Positions 38,707-53,626 of a stretch of DNA of 64,000 nucleotides are shown here, in pieces; position 1 is the first letter of the stretch; each line of letters opens with the position of its first letter. Origin of the DNA: Chrysomallon squamiferum (Eukaryota; Animalia; Mollusca). The position numbers and the translations under genes were made by a program. The notes beneath the pieces are model-generated. The model ran no database searches. It had not been told where the DNA came from and saw only the letters and a program-made list of their open reading frames with translations. The stretch covers positions 9,672,001-9,736,000 of the forward strand of contig CM022665.1 in NCBI GenBank assembly GCA_012295275.1, read 5' to 3'.

Positions 38707-40052
38707 GTAAGTTATCCAAAAGTATATTCTCCAGCTTTGCTTTTTATTCCTATAAATATCATAAATCTTGAATTTGATATCAATTATATAAATGAAAGTC
38801 TTTAGACAGTGGTAGAAAAAAAAATTAACCTCTGCTCCTAATATTGTCAAAAAGATAAACTATTTAATATCCAAATCTAATACTTTTAAAGTGATAACTC
38901 CAATACATTTATATAGAGACATTCATTGTATTATGGATTATGATATGAAAAATTCACTTCAGATAAACAGTATACAAAAAGAAACCCCATTCAAACATAT
39001 TTCATCAAATTTGTTTTTCCACTTCGTTCACCCAAAAATAGGAGATGGCTATAAAATATTCCATCTCGATACTTTTATCGGCGAAAAGAATAGAACGTAA
39101 AGATCTGTGCAAATTAAATTAACCTTGGCTGAATCACAAAATAACACCAGAGTGTATTGTGCAGATGTCTCGTACTATAGATAGTTCTGTCTTCTTTTTC
39201 TGGCTCGCTGCTTAAATCCCAGTCACCTTGTTGGGATGAGATTCAGGGGCAATGGGTCGCATTGATCTACGGTCCCGTTCTAGTATTTGCCTTGAGCAGA
39301 CAAAAAGTCTCCTGTGATTTCCCTGCTTATTATTATTGCTTTTATACTAACCTTGAAATGGAATTCCGTTTTTAAATATGTTTTTGGGAGAATTTCTCTT
39401 GTATCTTGATTTTTTTTTTTTTTTTTTGAACAGAGTATAAATTCAAATCTGTCTATCTGTCTGTCTGTCTGTCTTCTATCTATCAATGCAAAGGCTGATA
39501 GCAGATATAAGTGACAGTTAACTCGCATTTAATTCACTATGTATATATGCACGTATTTATATATGTGTATGTGTGTTTGAGGGTTTGTGCGTGTGCGTGT
39601 GTGTATGTGTGTATGTATATATGTATGTATGTTTTTGATTCTTTGATATCACGTTTCTCCTAAATGCCTATAGTAGTTATAAAGCTTTAATGTAAATAGT
39701 TTATACTTTAGCTTAACAGTTTAACAATATTAGCAGCTCTACATATATGTGTGTTATTCTTTTACAAAGTTTATAATATAATGTATGAAGATAAGCCAGA
39801 AAATGGCAGTTTTCTTTAGTTTTCTTTAATACACATTCTTTATTACAGGCCAATTCTGGTCTAAAACGAAGAGTTAAATAATTACGTGCAAATTTTTAAT
39901 AAATATTTAATCAATATGTTGGTATCATCTTGAGAAATCTTCAATGCTTTTGTGTTATTTTATTTAAGTACTTATTTCGTTTTATATTATTTTGCCAATT
40001 TCGTTTATTTTAGGTGGTTTTTTTTTGTTTTTTGGAGGGGTGTGTGTGTGTC

Positions 40053-40098
<46 letters not shown>

Positions 40099-40243
40099 CT
40101 GAAAAATAAACTGAAAAACTAAATAATGTAAGTTTCACAATTACAGTGCTGATAACCTTTCAAAGAACCAGGAAATATAGTTGTAATAATTTCGGTGTCA
40201 GTACATTCTCAAATAAAGAATTTTTTAGTATATACGTCAATAA

Positions 40244-40680
40244 TAAAGTGTAGATACATTATCATAGAACTATAGTGTATACGTCTGAAGTAAAGTGTAG
40301 ATATCATAAAACTACAGTGTATACATCTGTAGTAAAGTGTAAATAGATTATCACAGAATTATAGTTTATACGTCTGAAATAAAGTGTTGATAAATTCTCA
40401 CAGACCTATAGTGTATACGTCTGTAGTAAAGTGTAGATATAATAAAACTACAGTGTATACATCTGTAGAAAAGTGTAAATAGATTATCACAGAACTATAG
40501 TGTACGTCTGAGTAAGGTGTAGATAAATTCTCACAGAACTATAGTGTATATATCTGTAGTAAAGTGTAGATATCACATAACTATAGTGTACATTTGAATA
40601 AAGTGTAGATAAACTATCACAGAACTATGTAGGGCATTGGTCTATAGTATAAAATATATAAATTTCCACAGAACACTGTA
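40244..40680. repeat. Minisatellite, about 9-10 units of 39-49 bp
   Basis: Consensus taaagtgtagataaattatcacagaactatagtgtatacgtctgtag; unit starts at 40244, 40291, 40333, 40380, 40427, 40469, 40513, 40560, 40599. Confidence 0.95.
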
Positions 40681-43600
40681 GTAGTAGTAATAGTAGCAGT
40701 TGTAGTAGTAGTAGTAGTAGCAGTAGTAGTAGTAGTAGTAGTAATATGTAAATATGTATATAATATATAAACCATTTCAAAAGTAATGTTTCTGTCGTAA
40801 TTATTTATTTCATTAATAAAATAAAACCTAAATTCTGAGGGACTGATGTAAAAATTCCTTTCGTTTTAATACTGAAATTAATATACCTGAAACTTTTAAA
40901 GCTTTTTCAAAATAAACTGAATATTAACATACATAGATAATCAAATGAAGACTCATCAATTAAAAGTTGCTCAGAGCAAAGATGAACATATTTGTCCGTT
41001 GCAGACTATTTGCTCTTGTATACATGAATCAATGTTAGCGAAGAAAAATTCAGAACCAACTGCCAGTTGTATTGTTTTTCAGATTTTAATTTTTTTTCTC
41101 CTTTTTATCAAAATTCATTTTATCGTGAAATAATGTCTATAACAATGATGGCACGACAGTTTTATTAAGTTTTGAAATCCTGAATGTTCTTTTGTTCGGT
41201 GTCTTGCATCCAGTTCAAATCTACTTTGCATACATTAATTTAAAGAGAACTGACACTGATGTCCAGTGATGAAGATGGACAATTATGGACAACAGAGCCT
41301 TTGTGATGATGACTGTAACATTAATCTTCATTATCCGTACGCTATAAAAATAATTATAAATTGTTAGTTTTTGTTTTTTTAAATTTTGATACAATATATT
41401 TTTAAAAGCATTTTCACTAAACTGTTTGTACGCAGACGAACTCTAGGCCCTGACCAAGTATACTGATTTCATCGATACATCGATTATCGTTCATGAAAAA
41501 CTTTGCATTGTCTGATTGATTCAGGACCTGATATAGAGAGTCAGTTTTATCTCTCTTAATAAATGTCTGTTCTAAGCAACTTCATATGTTTATCAGTTTC
41601 ACAAGCTTGAATATATATATATGTATGTATGTATGTATGTATATATGTATATGTGTGTGTGTGGGGGGGAAATTAATACGTTACAAGTTTTATCTAACAA
41701 ATCTATTTATAATTAAATCTGAGCGATATCGTAAGTCAATTATTAAGATGCGGATTATTTTTTGAAAAATCACGCATGATAACCTTCAAAAAATGTAGAA
41801 AGCAAAGAAAGAATATTAAAATAAAAAAGAAAGAAAAACTATAGCTAAGAACAAAAATACAAACATATACAATATTCTATTTCTGTATAGTATATTTCTT
41901 TCGACTGAACTATTTTCGCGATCTCAGCTATTTTTTACACGTTCGCGTTTTTGCTTCCCTCCTCCGAAAGACAGAACGAAGATTGCCGACTCTGGCCGAA
42001 CGGGTTCTCCGACACATGTTTCTCCATGTGACGTTGGGATTTACTTGTTTGCATAAGACTTTGCCTTTGATCCCCATTTATTTGTCAGTGAATGGAAATA
42101 GGTGCATTGCTCGCGGTCTGCGTGGGTCTGCGACAGTCGAAATCTTGTTGTCCAGTTTGTTATCGCTAATCCAAGCGAACGGTAAAAATAATGAAACGCT
42201 TCACTTCTGAAGATTTCAAAAGTTATTAATGGATGTTGTCTGTCCTTGGTGACTTCGTGAAATCTTTTGAATTCACGTTTTCGCGATTTTTTGTTCAGAT
42301 TGTGATCATGAACTTGATAATATCTTCACACATTAGTATTTATCTTTTCAGTGATGTCATTTAGTAAAATAAAATAAAGTTATTTTCACATAGTGGAACG
42401 TGAGTTCATGCCCAGTTCCTAATCGTGCTGACAGTCAAGAAGTTCAGCCATTGTCACTAAATAATGTATTATTTCATTTTATATCTTAATCTCCTCTTTA
42501 ACAATTTACATTTAGAATTGTAAATGGTATTTCGATTAACTGATTCCTTATATTCTGAATTTGGTTCATTAAGACCTATAATCTTTTGGGGATAGCAAGT
42601 AATAAACAGGAAGACAGTATTAAAAATCTGCATATTAATAGAAACTAGTATAATTAAAAATATATATTTTAATATGAATGATACAAATTCTTGTTGTTTC
42701 TGTTTCGTGACTGAGTCGTTAATTATAAAGTCATGTTTTCGCGTCGTGGCTTTTCAACACTTGCTCATCATCTCCGTACTAAAAGCTACAGTCAAAACAT
42801 TGGATACTATGCTTTTTCCTATACAAACTTAAAAAAACCTACCCTCCACAAAAAAACCCACGTAAAAACATTGACATAGCCACCTTATCTTAATGTAGCT
42901 ATCCTTGTTATTCCGATCAGTAATACAAGCATGTGCCATCATCTAGATATAATATTTTTATCACACGAACTCACACGTGCACCCCCATATACACGTACAT
43001 TCACAGCGAAATAGAGATGTATGTGTGTTAAAAATAATACTATTATGTAAATAAAGGTATTATTTGTGGGATTTAAAATGTGGTCCCTTTATTATTTATT
43101 TATTGTCTTAACTAATAATCTCGTTTCTGATGTTCTGTCAAGCACGGCTAAGGTTACAACAATGTGAACTGAATTTATTTTTTTCTAAATTCTGTCAAAA
43201 ATATTTATTCGTTTTCTTTTCGATTAGATTTCAAGACTTGCAGGAGGAAAACTCATAAAGTGGTTTAATAAAATTGTGACCTGTAGCCTGCTTTGGAAAC
43301 CGTATTGATCTCGTTAAAATCTTTAAACAATTTAATTCCAACTGAATTCTTTTTTTTTTCTCTTTTTTTTTTTTCAATTTATAAACCAGTTAATTTATTT
43401 ATGTATCATTTTAAATTCAGCACTATCTCTGGGTCTTCAAAGAACAACTTGCTTCATAGTCTGACAAAACAAACAAAAGACAACAACAACAAACAAAAAC
43501 ATCCCCTCCCAGTTTCGTGGCACTTTTAAAGCATAATCTTTCTTGACAGATGTTAAAACGATGTACATTGTTGTTCATTAACAAATATATACAAACTGTC

Positions 43601-44691
43601 TCTAATTATATTTGCATCTGTGTGTATGTATATTTATATATGTATGTGTGTATGTATCTATATGTGCAATTTGTATGCAAGTATTTATGTATGTGTGTAT
43701 ATATCTGTCTGTCTGACTATCTATCTATCCATCTGTATGTGTGTATGTGTTACGTAACATTTTTTCTTTACTACGTGCACTTGCGAATGTGCGTCTGTTA
43801 AGAAATTATGCAATTAAAATATTTGAAATAATTTGTACGCGTTTATTAACATTCTAAATTATAATAATGTGCTGTAATAAAAAGCAGCTTTTTACCCTAT
43901 GAAATAATTAATTTTCATACGTCAAAACCACGATGACAATGATATGAAACATTCCCACCAGACGTCAGAATTGTTTGAACGAAACCATGCGCCAATTTCA
44001 AAAATTCCCAAACAGTAAATTCTGAATGATGGTGATTAAATAATGCTTTCATTTGGAACCGTGTGACACAAGCGGAAATATGCCTGAACTATTTTAGTAC
44101 CGTCTGACTGGTCATTGTGTGTTTATTTAATTCTGGTCAGGTGGAATCTGGGAGCACCTGACAACAAAAGTCAGTCTGTTTCCTGTGACGTAGGCAGGGA
44201 AATTCCCTATACAGATGAAGGGCTCATGAAGCCAAGTCAAATATTCTGTGACTTGACTGCTCACGTGCGGGGACCGTTATATTTCTTTCTTTGTTTATAG
44301 TTCTTTGATCTTTACCATTGGCTGAGCATGGAATTCTGGGGGACAGGAAATTATAATGTTAAAGGGTGACAGGAAATTTGAGTTAAGAATCACGTGTAGA
44401 TGTGTTAATCTTCAGTCTCTAGACGCTGGAGAGAGAAACAGAGAAATGTTTTGTGAAGCAGATCGCAATTCTAATTCCGTGACATTTGAAACAACGTGAC
44501 CATAGATATTCTTAGTAACAAAACAAAACGAAACACGTAGACAAAAAATTAACTTAATACTTGATTATTTGTGTATTTATCTGTTCATATATATATATAT
44601 ATATATATGAATGACACAGTTTAACTGCTGATTAAAACACACACACACACACACACACACTCTCTCGTTAAAGAAAATTGTTAATATTATT

Positions 44692-44693
<2 letters not shown>

Positions 44694-44756
<63 letters not shown>
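44694..44756. repeat. (AG)n microsatellite
   Basis: Read directly from the sequence. Confidence 0.95.
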
Positions 44757-44758
<2 letters not shown>

Positions 44759-44902
44759 CGATATGATACCATTTAATGTAGCTTTAAATGGTGTTAATTA
44801 CTTTTAATGCTTTTATTCGATAAAATTATTGACATTATTTTCAAACCAGAAAATAACACCAAACAACCCTCTTATCCAAATGGACAATTAAATATATTAA
44901 AA

Positions 44903-44904
44903 TA

Positions 44905-44960
<56 letters not shown>
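44903..44960. repeat. (AAT)n microsatellite
   Basis: Read directly from the sequence. Confidence 0.9.
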
Positions 44961-45828
44961 GTCTAATTCACTCTCTTTCACAAACGGGGACACAAACGCA
45001 CACACGACTGGCTTATTTCAACTTTACCTATCATCTTTTATTTATTTTATTTGTCTGTCTTTTTAATGATCGATCTCCTCAGCTGGATAAAAACTCATTA
45101 AACTTTATTTAATCGCACATTTAAACGACCTACTGTTTTCTTGTCTGTTTTTGACACGTACGTGTTATCTCTCCCTCGTTAGATATTTTGATTATTTCCG
45201 AAAGTCTCACATTTCCACAAACACCGACAAAGATGCCATCTTTAACAACACCATTCTGTAATCCCCTTTAATGAAGTGTTCGCCAGTGATTAAGGATGAG
45301 GCTAAAGGCACGAACAAGAAGGAAAAGCATCTCCATAGATACACGTCGAAATTCCTCGTCATTCTCCAGGCTGTGTGTTTTACAGAATAATCACCTTCTT
45401 AATGTTTAACGATGATAAACTCCAAGAAGAGATTTCTACGCGTCTGACAAGTTAAGACACTGTAATTAAGGTTATTATTCAAACCATCCCGCCTTTTCCG
45501 ACAACAGAAATGTAAAACACGCACATGTTGCATCCCTTTCATAATGGCCTTGGTGTTGTCATCAAGTTTAAAACTGAGACATTTTTGCTTCGTGTTTTGA
45601 AGTCGCCTCCAGATCGTTAGGACCTTGCAGTTTTTGGGTGGAAGGTTTACGCCTAAGTACATTATTTATCTCATCCTTCATCCTGATTTTTTTTTTTTAT
45701 ACTAGCAGTAAAAACTTATTAATGTTAATTTCGGAAGATTTAAAGAAAATAAGAAATTAAAGTCTATGTCAGTATAAAAGTTAAAAAAAAAAGGTTCTTT
45801 GTATATGTAGATTGAAATTTTTATAGCA

Positions 45829-45863
<35 letters not shown>

Positions 45864-48800
45864 AAAATAAATAAATAAATAAAATAAAATTAAATTAAAA
45901 AATTAAAAAGATTTAAAAATAAAATAAAATTAAATTAAAATAAAAAATCAACCAGAAGTACACAACATTTAATCTAAAAAAACATTTAATTTTTTTATTT
46001 TTATTTTTATTTTTTTAATGAATGTATTAACAAAACATTATTTTCAGTCAATAAGAGGATCACTAAATACTGGACAGTTTTGTTAAATCTTTTGTTTAAA
46101 GCATTAAAATGTAAGATGCATCATGCTAATATAATAATAATATTTATAACACAGCAGTCTAATTTTTTATACATAGGACATGATGGTTGAAAGATAAGTA
46201 TTTAACAAATAGCCGCAAAATGAACAAGCATTAAAATGGTTAATTTTAAGATTATGTTTGTAATTTATTAAGACGATAATATCCAGTTACATAAACTGTT
46301 CAAGCAAGTATTATTCTGACAGTGTTGCTTTGTAGTCTTTTCTAAGAGTCGAACTCAAAATCCTCGGCTGATAGACCACATTTGATAACACTAACCGTAA
46401 AACATAACAGACATATGTAATAGATAACAAAATATTAAATATTAATCTCATTCTGAAAATACTTTTCAATAAGTGATTTATTTTTTTATTTTTTTATCAA
46501 GATAATATGTTATATGTATAAATACGCACAAACATACATACTATTATGTACTCAAACATAACTATTCGTGAGTGCAAACACAGATATTCATATTTTAAAA
46601 ACGCTATTCACTCCCCCAATTTGCCCATCAAAAAAAAAATAAAAAAATAAAAAAATAAAATAAAATAATAATAATAATAATAATAATAAATTATAAATAA
46701 ATAAAAAAATAATAATAAAATAATAATGAATGAATGAATGAATGAATAAATAAAATAAAATAAAAAATAAAAAATAAAATAAATAAAAAAACTGATAATC
46801 CACGTCACGCTTGTTTACCATACACGAGCTGTAAGGTAACCAGTAAGGTGTTTGCAAACATCATTAACAAATAAGTTTGTTAAACACACACATTTGCTTT
46901 GAGGCTGAAAGACAGGTGTGTTCCCTTATTACTCATAAATATGGAACAAACACTGCAGTCTACGTCACGCATTACGCGCATTTAGCCGCGGTTTGCTAAT
47001 GTTTGCTGTTGTCGGAGTTGACGACAAAACACGAACGAAGGATTATTGCTCTAGGGGTGGGTCGCTGTCAGAAAACTACGGAAGACCTCGGGGCAAGGTT
47101 GAGGGGGAAGAAAATAAACAATTCTGGGATGACACCTGTGCAAAGATGAGTTCAGTACTTGACAAAAATTCTCCTTATAGGTTGAGGAACTGTGGTGACT
47201 TCGGATTTATTTACAACCAGATCGATGTGTGGCTTAAGTTACTGAAATTATAACTGAAAACATAGTTGAAAAGAAGGATAAAATATTTCATATTCAAAAA
47301 CACGTTTAATAAAATGACAGAACCAAAGAAATATAGCATCAACTACAATAATCTTATAAATACATGCATCTACGCACATGTGCACATATGTACTACATGT
47401 ATACATACATACATACATACATACATACATACATACATACATACATGCATATATACATACTTACAGTCAGACAAACGGACAGATATGCATAGAAAGACAG
47501 TGAGAAAGATACATAGATCTGTAAACTATATGTGTTACAGACAATGGGAATATTTACTCCAGTGACAATAATAATAGTAATAATAATAATTTATTATATT
47601 ATTATTAGTAGTAGTAGTAGTAGAAGTAGTAGTAGTAGTAATAGTAGCAGTAGTTACATTTATTTTTAATTGACGATAATAGCTTACTGTTTAGTTCAGT
47701 TTAATACTTAAATAAAGGGTAAAAAAAAAAAAAAAAAAAAAAGAAAAAAAAAAGAAAAAAACAACAACAACAAACAAGTAGCATTTGTATATATATACAT
47801 ATATGATGTTTGTATATGTGTGTATGTGTGTGTTTGCGTCTGGGTGTGTATGCGTCTGGGCGTGTGTGTAAGAGTTTTAGAGCAAAATTATTAAAATCTT
47901 GATGAAAGGTATTTAATTTGAAAATCTGTTATACTTCACTTTCAATAAGACAAGAAAAATCCACCAGTATCTGATTATTAAGCAGAAAAAAAGACCCCCA
48001 CCAAAAAAAAAAAAAAATGTATTCAGGAGAACATTTTTTTAATAACATAAAACAATCACTGAAAGAAAGAAGAAAAAAATGTATAAAGGCTTTCTTCTCA
48101 TTAGTATTTCTAAAAAATAATTAAATGCCCCAAGAAATATTTTGTACATTAAATAGAAGGAACTTATATCTATAATAATAATAATAATAAAAATAAAAAC
48201 CGACGACGTTTTGTTCCTTAATATAATTTGATATAATCTTGCTGAGTTATGTTTTAATATAAAATTATAATTATTTGATATGATTTAGGATAATCTTCGA
48301 AAATGATTAATCTTTGAAATAATCTTTATTTTTATTTTATGCTACTTTTATTTTATTCTGGTTGATTAAGAAATAAACGTAGAGGGATCTATCGTGAATT
48401 AAATATACTTTTATATATAACAGTTTTTCACTATGAGTGAAAATACACATGTAAGTTATGTTAAGTCGAGCCGATTTATTTAGCCTTAATAATAATAATA
48501 ATAATACATTTCTAACTCGTAAAATGTTGGATTAAGTTTTAAGAAAAGAAATTACATTAATTCGTGTTGTTTTTGAACAGATTTTCTTTGACAATGTAAA
48601 ATTTGAAAATGTGAAAAAACTGTGGTGAAAAAATAATTTTTAGGTATTTTACAATAATAATTTCAAAGTTTATCCAGATCTATAATTTGGATAATTGAGT
48701 ATTGATTCTCGTATTTCAGCAATTTTCTTTCTCAAATCGTGTTTTCAAAAATTTAATTGAGATGTTTTGGAGTGTTTTTATTTCTCTAGTCACTTTTTGT

Positions 48801-49912
48801 TCTTGTTTTGTTTATTTTATTTTTTAAATATTTTGTTTATTTCAAAACTTTACAACTTTTTTTTTTTTTTTCTTTAAACCCAATTGTTAATCCAGTTGTT
48901 AACAGAAATTTATAATTTCAGGAAATATAATTTTTATTTTTTTTAGCTACTTACATCTATGATGTATCAAAATATATTATGCTGTTTGAAATTCTTTACA
49001 ATTTCTCTATTACATTTATTGTTTATAAAATATCAAAAGTTTATATATTTAATCTTATGCTCAGTTATGAAAATAATCCTAAAAAATCAAAACAAAGTAA
49101 AATAAAATAAAATATAAAATAAATAAGTCCTACTAAATTAAAAATCCAAAAGACAAGTCACTAAATATATATATATTTTTAAATTTCCACAACAACAATT
49201 ACAGCAGAAGCAGCAGCAACAACAACAACAATAATAAATAATTACATAAACAAAACAAAACAGAACAAAGTAAATAATAATAATAATAATAATAATTTAA
49301 AAAAAGAACAAATAGAAATAAAAATATTATAAAATAAAATAAACCAAACAGCAAAAATAAATACATTCCAATCAAAGATCGATTTAAACGTTTGTTACAA
49401 TATTATTAAGAGTTTTCTGTTTTATTGTGTATCAGAACTATAACACAGAAACACTGTTTCTCATTAGTTTTGTTTAGTTTCAAAGACAAATGATTTTTTA
49501 TTTAAGTAATGCCCAAATCATCAGAGATTCATTTCACAGTTTGACTGAACATTCTTTTGAGAAAGAAAAAAAAAAGATTGCAGACTTTGTACAATTTAGG
49601 CTGACATTAGCGGCTGTTCTTGTAGCTCGTAGGGGACATTTTCAATTTATCAAATTTTAATCGGCTCTTAACTTATGCTGAATTCACTCACAACACTATA
49701 CTTCATTAAAATTATAAATGTCGTAATACAGCATTATTTTTAGTGGAATCTATTTAATATTAAAAATGTTTTAAAAACTGAATACTGATTCTGCATAACG
49801 CAGATTTAATGTAACGCTGCACATTTTTCTTTACCAAATCAATCGCTGCAGAGTTACATATTCAGAGGCGTAGCAAGAACAGGTCGATTTCGTGCAAAAC
49901 ATTTACCATGTC

Positions 49913-49952
<40 letters not shown>

Positions 49953-50784
49953 TTAATGCCTATTAATATTATCTATTCGTTCTCTATCTAATGTAAAACG
50001 CCTTTTTCTTAGTGCGATGATAATGGAACTCAGGGAAAAGTGGGAACTGATTCTTTATTTCAGAGCACAGTAAGTCAGAAAACTTATATTACAGTAAAAT
50101 ATTTCATGGCTAACTCAAGTGAGGGCACAGCGAACGTAAGCTAAACCGTTTGTACATACCCCAGACCTTATTATGTCTTGATTCACCCCTGACTTAATTT
50201 CGACGTTTTCTGTCAATATTGTTTTGAATTGTTTTAACTGACGGCTGTCTATTTAACTGGTCCACTCTTACTCTGTTTGTTTGTGACCCAGTTCAAGTTC
50301 ATTATCACTCGTCCATTCTCTTTGTGTTTGAGTTGACAATATTTATGTTTATTATCGCGGCGTGTTTCAAGTTCACCACAGCACACATCTCCCTGTTTGT
50401 CTCCACGTTCGTGATGAAACCGCCACCGTCGAGGTAGCTGGGAGAGGCAAGACGTGTCTTTGTCCACGTCATGAAAGCAGCTGCTTACGTCAGGCATGTG
50501 TAGGTGTCATGTTGTAGTATTTGTTAGGCATTGTCTAATTAAACACATATATGTATGATTTAAAAAAAAAAAAAATAAATAATAAAGAATAATTTTAAAA
50601 AGGTATATTATTACTTAGTGCTGAACATATTTGTAAAGACAGAAAGATATTTTTAAATAAATAAATTATTTGTTAATCAACACACGCTGAAATATTTCTC
50701 ATCAAAAGACAATACTTTGTTGAATATAATCGAAAATTATATTTAATACAAAATATATTTACCTTTAAAGTATTCAGTATTCTT

Positions 50785-50785
<1 letters not shown>

Positions 50786-50851
<66 letters not shown>
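50786..50851. repeat. (TAA)n microsatellite
   Basis: Read directly from the sequence. Confidence 0.9.
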
Positions 50852-50852
<1 letters not shown>

Positions 50853-51139
50853 CATGATGACGATGATAGATGGTTGCGTGTCATGTTTTCCTTTTCTTTT
50901 AAAACATAATTACTATTGTTTTTATTTAGTATGAATTATGAATTATTTAAATATATAATGCTCAGTAAAAACCGCGTGCTTATTATAGAATAGCAGTATT
51001 ACGATTTTATTTATATTTCCGTTTTAAAAACCGATTCGGTATAATTATATTCATGAATGCATATGTGCATGCATGCGTGTATGAATGTATATATGTATGT
51101 TTTTCTGTACGCGTGTGTCTGTATATATTTATAAAGACT

Positions 51140-51172
<33 letters not shown>

Positions 51173-53626
51173 ATAATTATATTAATTCCTGTTAATTAGC
51201 TCATCTCATTATTAAGAGGAAGTACAAATTTGGAAATCTCGTACCAAGGAATCATTTACACAATAAACTGTCTGATCCGACTGAGTGCATGTTTGTTCTT
51301 AGTATTTCCGTTTCGTTACGTCACAACAGGACAACAGCAATCCTCTTTTTGCGCTTTGTTTTGCGATTACATTAAATTCTTTTGTTGAAATCTTAAAACG
51401 AAAATGTTTGTCTATAAGCTCTAACGAAAATAGGAGTAAGTCGCAATCTTCTTATGTTTTTTTAAAACGGCAATTCCAGCAAACACGTTATGTAATAATG
51501 ACCTTTGTTTGGCATTAATTAAAATTATTTCCGTTTACTGTATTAAATAATTTTATTTCACCGAGTGTTTTGAGGTAATAGATAGAACTGTTGCAAAGAA
51601 TTAAGCATCATCATCATCAACAACAACAACAATAACAAAAACAACAACAACTATAACAAAAACAATAGTAATGGTTTTAACAATACTTATAACAACAACA
51701 ACAATAATAATAATAAAAGAACAGTAAGTTCCAGCTTTATTTATTATCAGGACATTGTGTGAACTATGTTATTGGAACAACGATTATAAATATATTTTAA
51801 AGTAATATGTATTTAAATGTTTACATACATACATAAATACATACATACATACATACATACATACATACATACCAGTTAATTAAATCATATAAATACCAAT
51901 CACCTGTTTTTAATGTTGCCAAAAAATCAGTATAAAAGAGAATTATAGGCTAAAGGTGTTTAAATATTGTTTCTATACTGCTAATGAAATTATGCATATG
52001 GATTTTGAGATTTATTATGTTTTGTTTAGAAAATTTAGAATAATCTCTATTTTAACTGTCAAGAGAACCAGCATTTACCAATTACATAAGGAAGGTTTCA
52101 GAGACTAAAGAGGACATTTACTGCAGTGATAATTTTTGGATGAACTTGAGAGAAAACTGACTTCTGGACAAAAAACAACAACAACAAAAAACACAACTAA
52201 AATAACGACAAACAAACAAACAAACCAAAAAAAGAAAAAAGAAAAAAAGAAAGAATAAACTGAGACAGACAGCAAGGACAAATATATAAAATATTAACAT
52301 TCTCTGTTATGAATCCTTTTATGCAATCAAAATATCTGTTTTAAAAGATCAGAACAGTCAATTAAAAACATTAAAGGAATTATGGCAGAATATTATTTTC
52401 TCCATTTCGAGGATGAACAAATCTGTTTATATTAAAAACAAAAATAGAGACTATTGTTGTTGTTGTTGTTTTTTGATGTCACAGTAGTCATCGTTATCAT
52501 CGTTTTGTTGTTACTGTTGTTCGTCGTTATCGTTGTTGCTGACAAGAGAATTACTGATGCAAAAAGTATAACAATCTTACATTTATACTACTCAGTTTAA
52601 TAACGTTACTGTTTACTTTATTAATATAATATCATATAATCTAAATCAAAACTTCGAGTACATTTGTTTCCCATTCCAATCCTAACCCTATTTCGCTGAT
52701 GTTTCAGAGTACTCGTAAGCCCATCCTGAACTTAACTGACCCATTTTTGTTCTTTGCCATGTTTACAATCAACGCAATATAATACGATGTTTATGTTCTG
52801 GCTATTCAAATAATGATAAAATAAAAGGATGATTCTACAACAAACAAATAAAACAAAACAGCATCCATGCTTATTTGTTGCCAGTGAGAACCTCCAAATA
52901 ATAAGAACCAGTGTAGAAACATTGAAAAATAATTAGTCTGTAATTGGCTTCTACGCTGAAATATCTGTTTTGTGTACATGACATTATTAACAGGCAATAA
53001 ATGAAGACAGATATGATTTTAGTTTGAAGAAAATTTTGGAGATAGTAAATTTATTTATTTATTAACTTATTATCTAGTTACATTTAGTTCTCTGTCTCTT
53101 ATATATTTAAATTATAATTTCTGTATAATATTTATAAATATTTTATAAATGTGTTTTTAATTATACAGATCTGATACCCAGTGTTGCTCGCGATTTAAAT
53201 ATTACAAAGTTTATAATTTCTAGCACCCAGCTTCATTTCTATTCAAGATCTAGAAAATTTACAGAACTCCATCTCTGAAACTCTAAACATCAGTTTTCAT
53301 CATTTTTCAAATCTCGGGATTTAAAAAGAAATTAAAATGAAAATCAGATCTATAAAACTTCTCTCTGACAAGAATTTCATAAAGTATTGATTCATCTCTG
53401 GATTTGAATAACTATTTGTCTAATTTCTGATCAGCCTCAATAGGCATAATTCCCCGGAGGAACAAGATTTTTTTTTACCGTTTATGAGATACGAACAGGT
53501 TGCCATTTAGGAAACACTTCAAGTAGAGATGCCCCAGTGCTGCTACTAAGCTGCTATTATTAGTTCTACTACTACAGTTTCTACTATTACAACTACTGCT
53601 ACTACTACCATTATTATTACTACTGC

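Noticed and set aside
40244-40680. CRISPR-like array
   Set aside because: Units are wholly repeated with no unique spacers, there are no cas genes, and the context is eukaryotic. It is a minisatellite.
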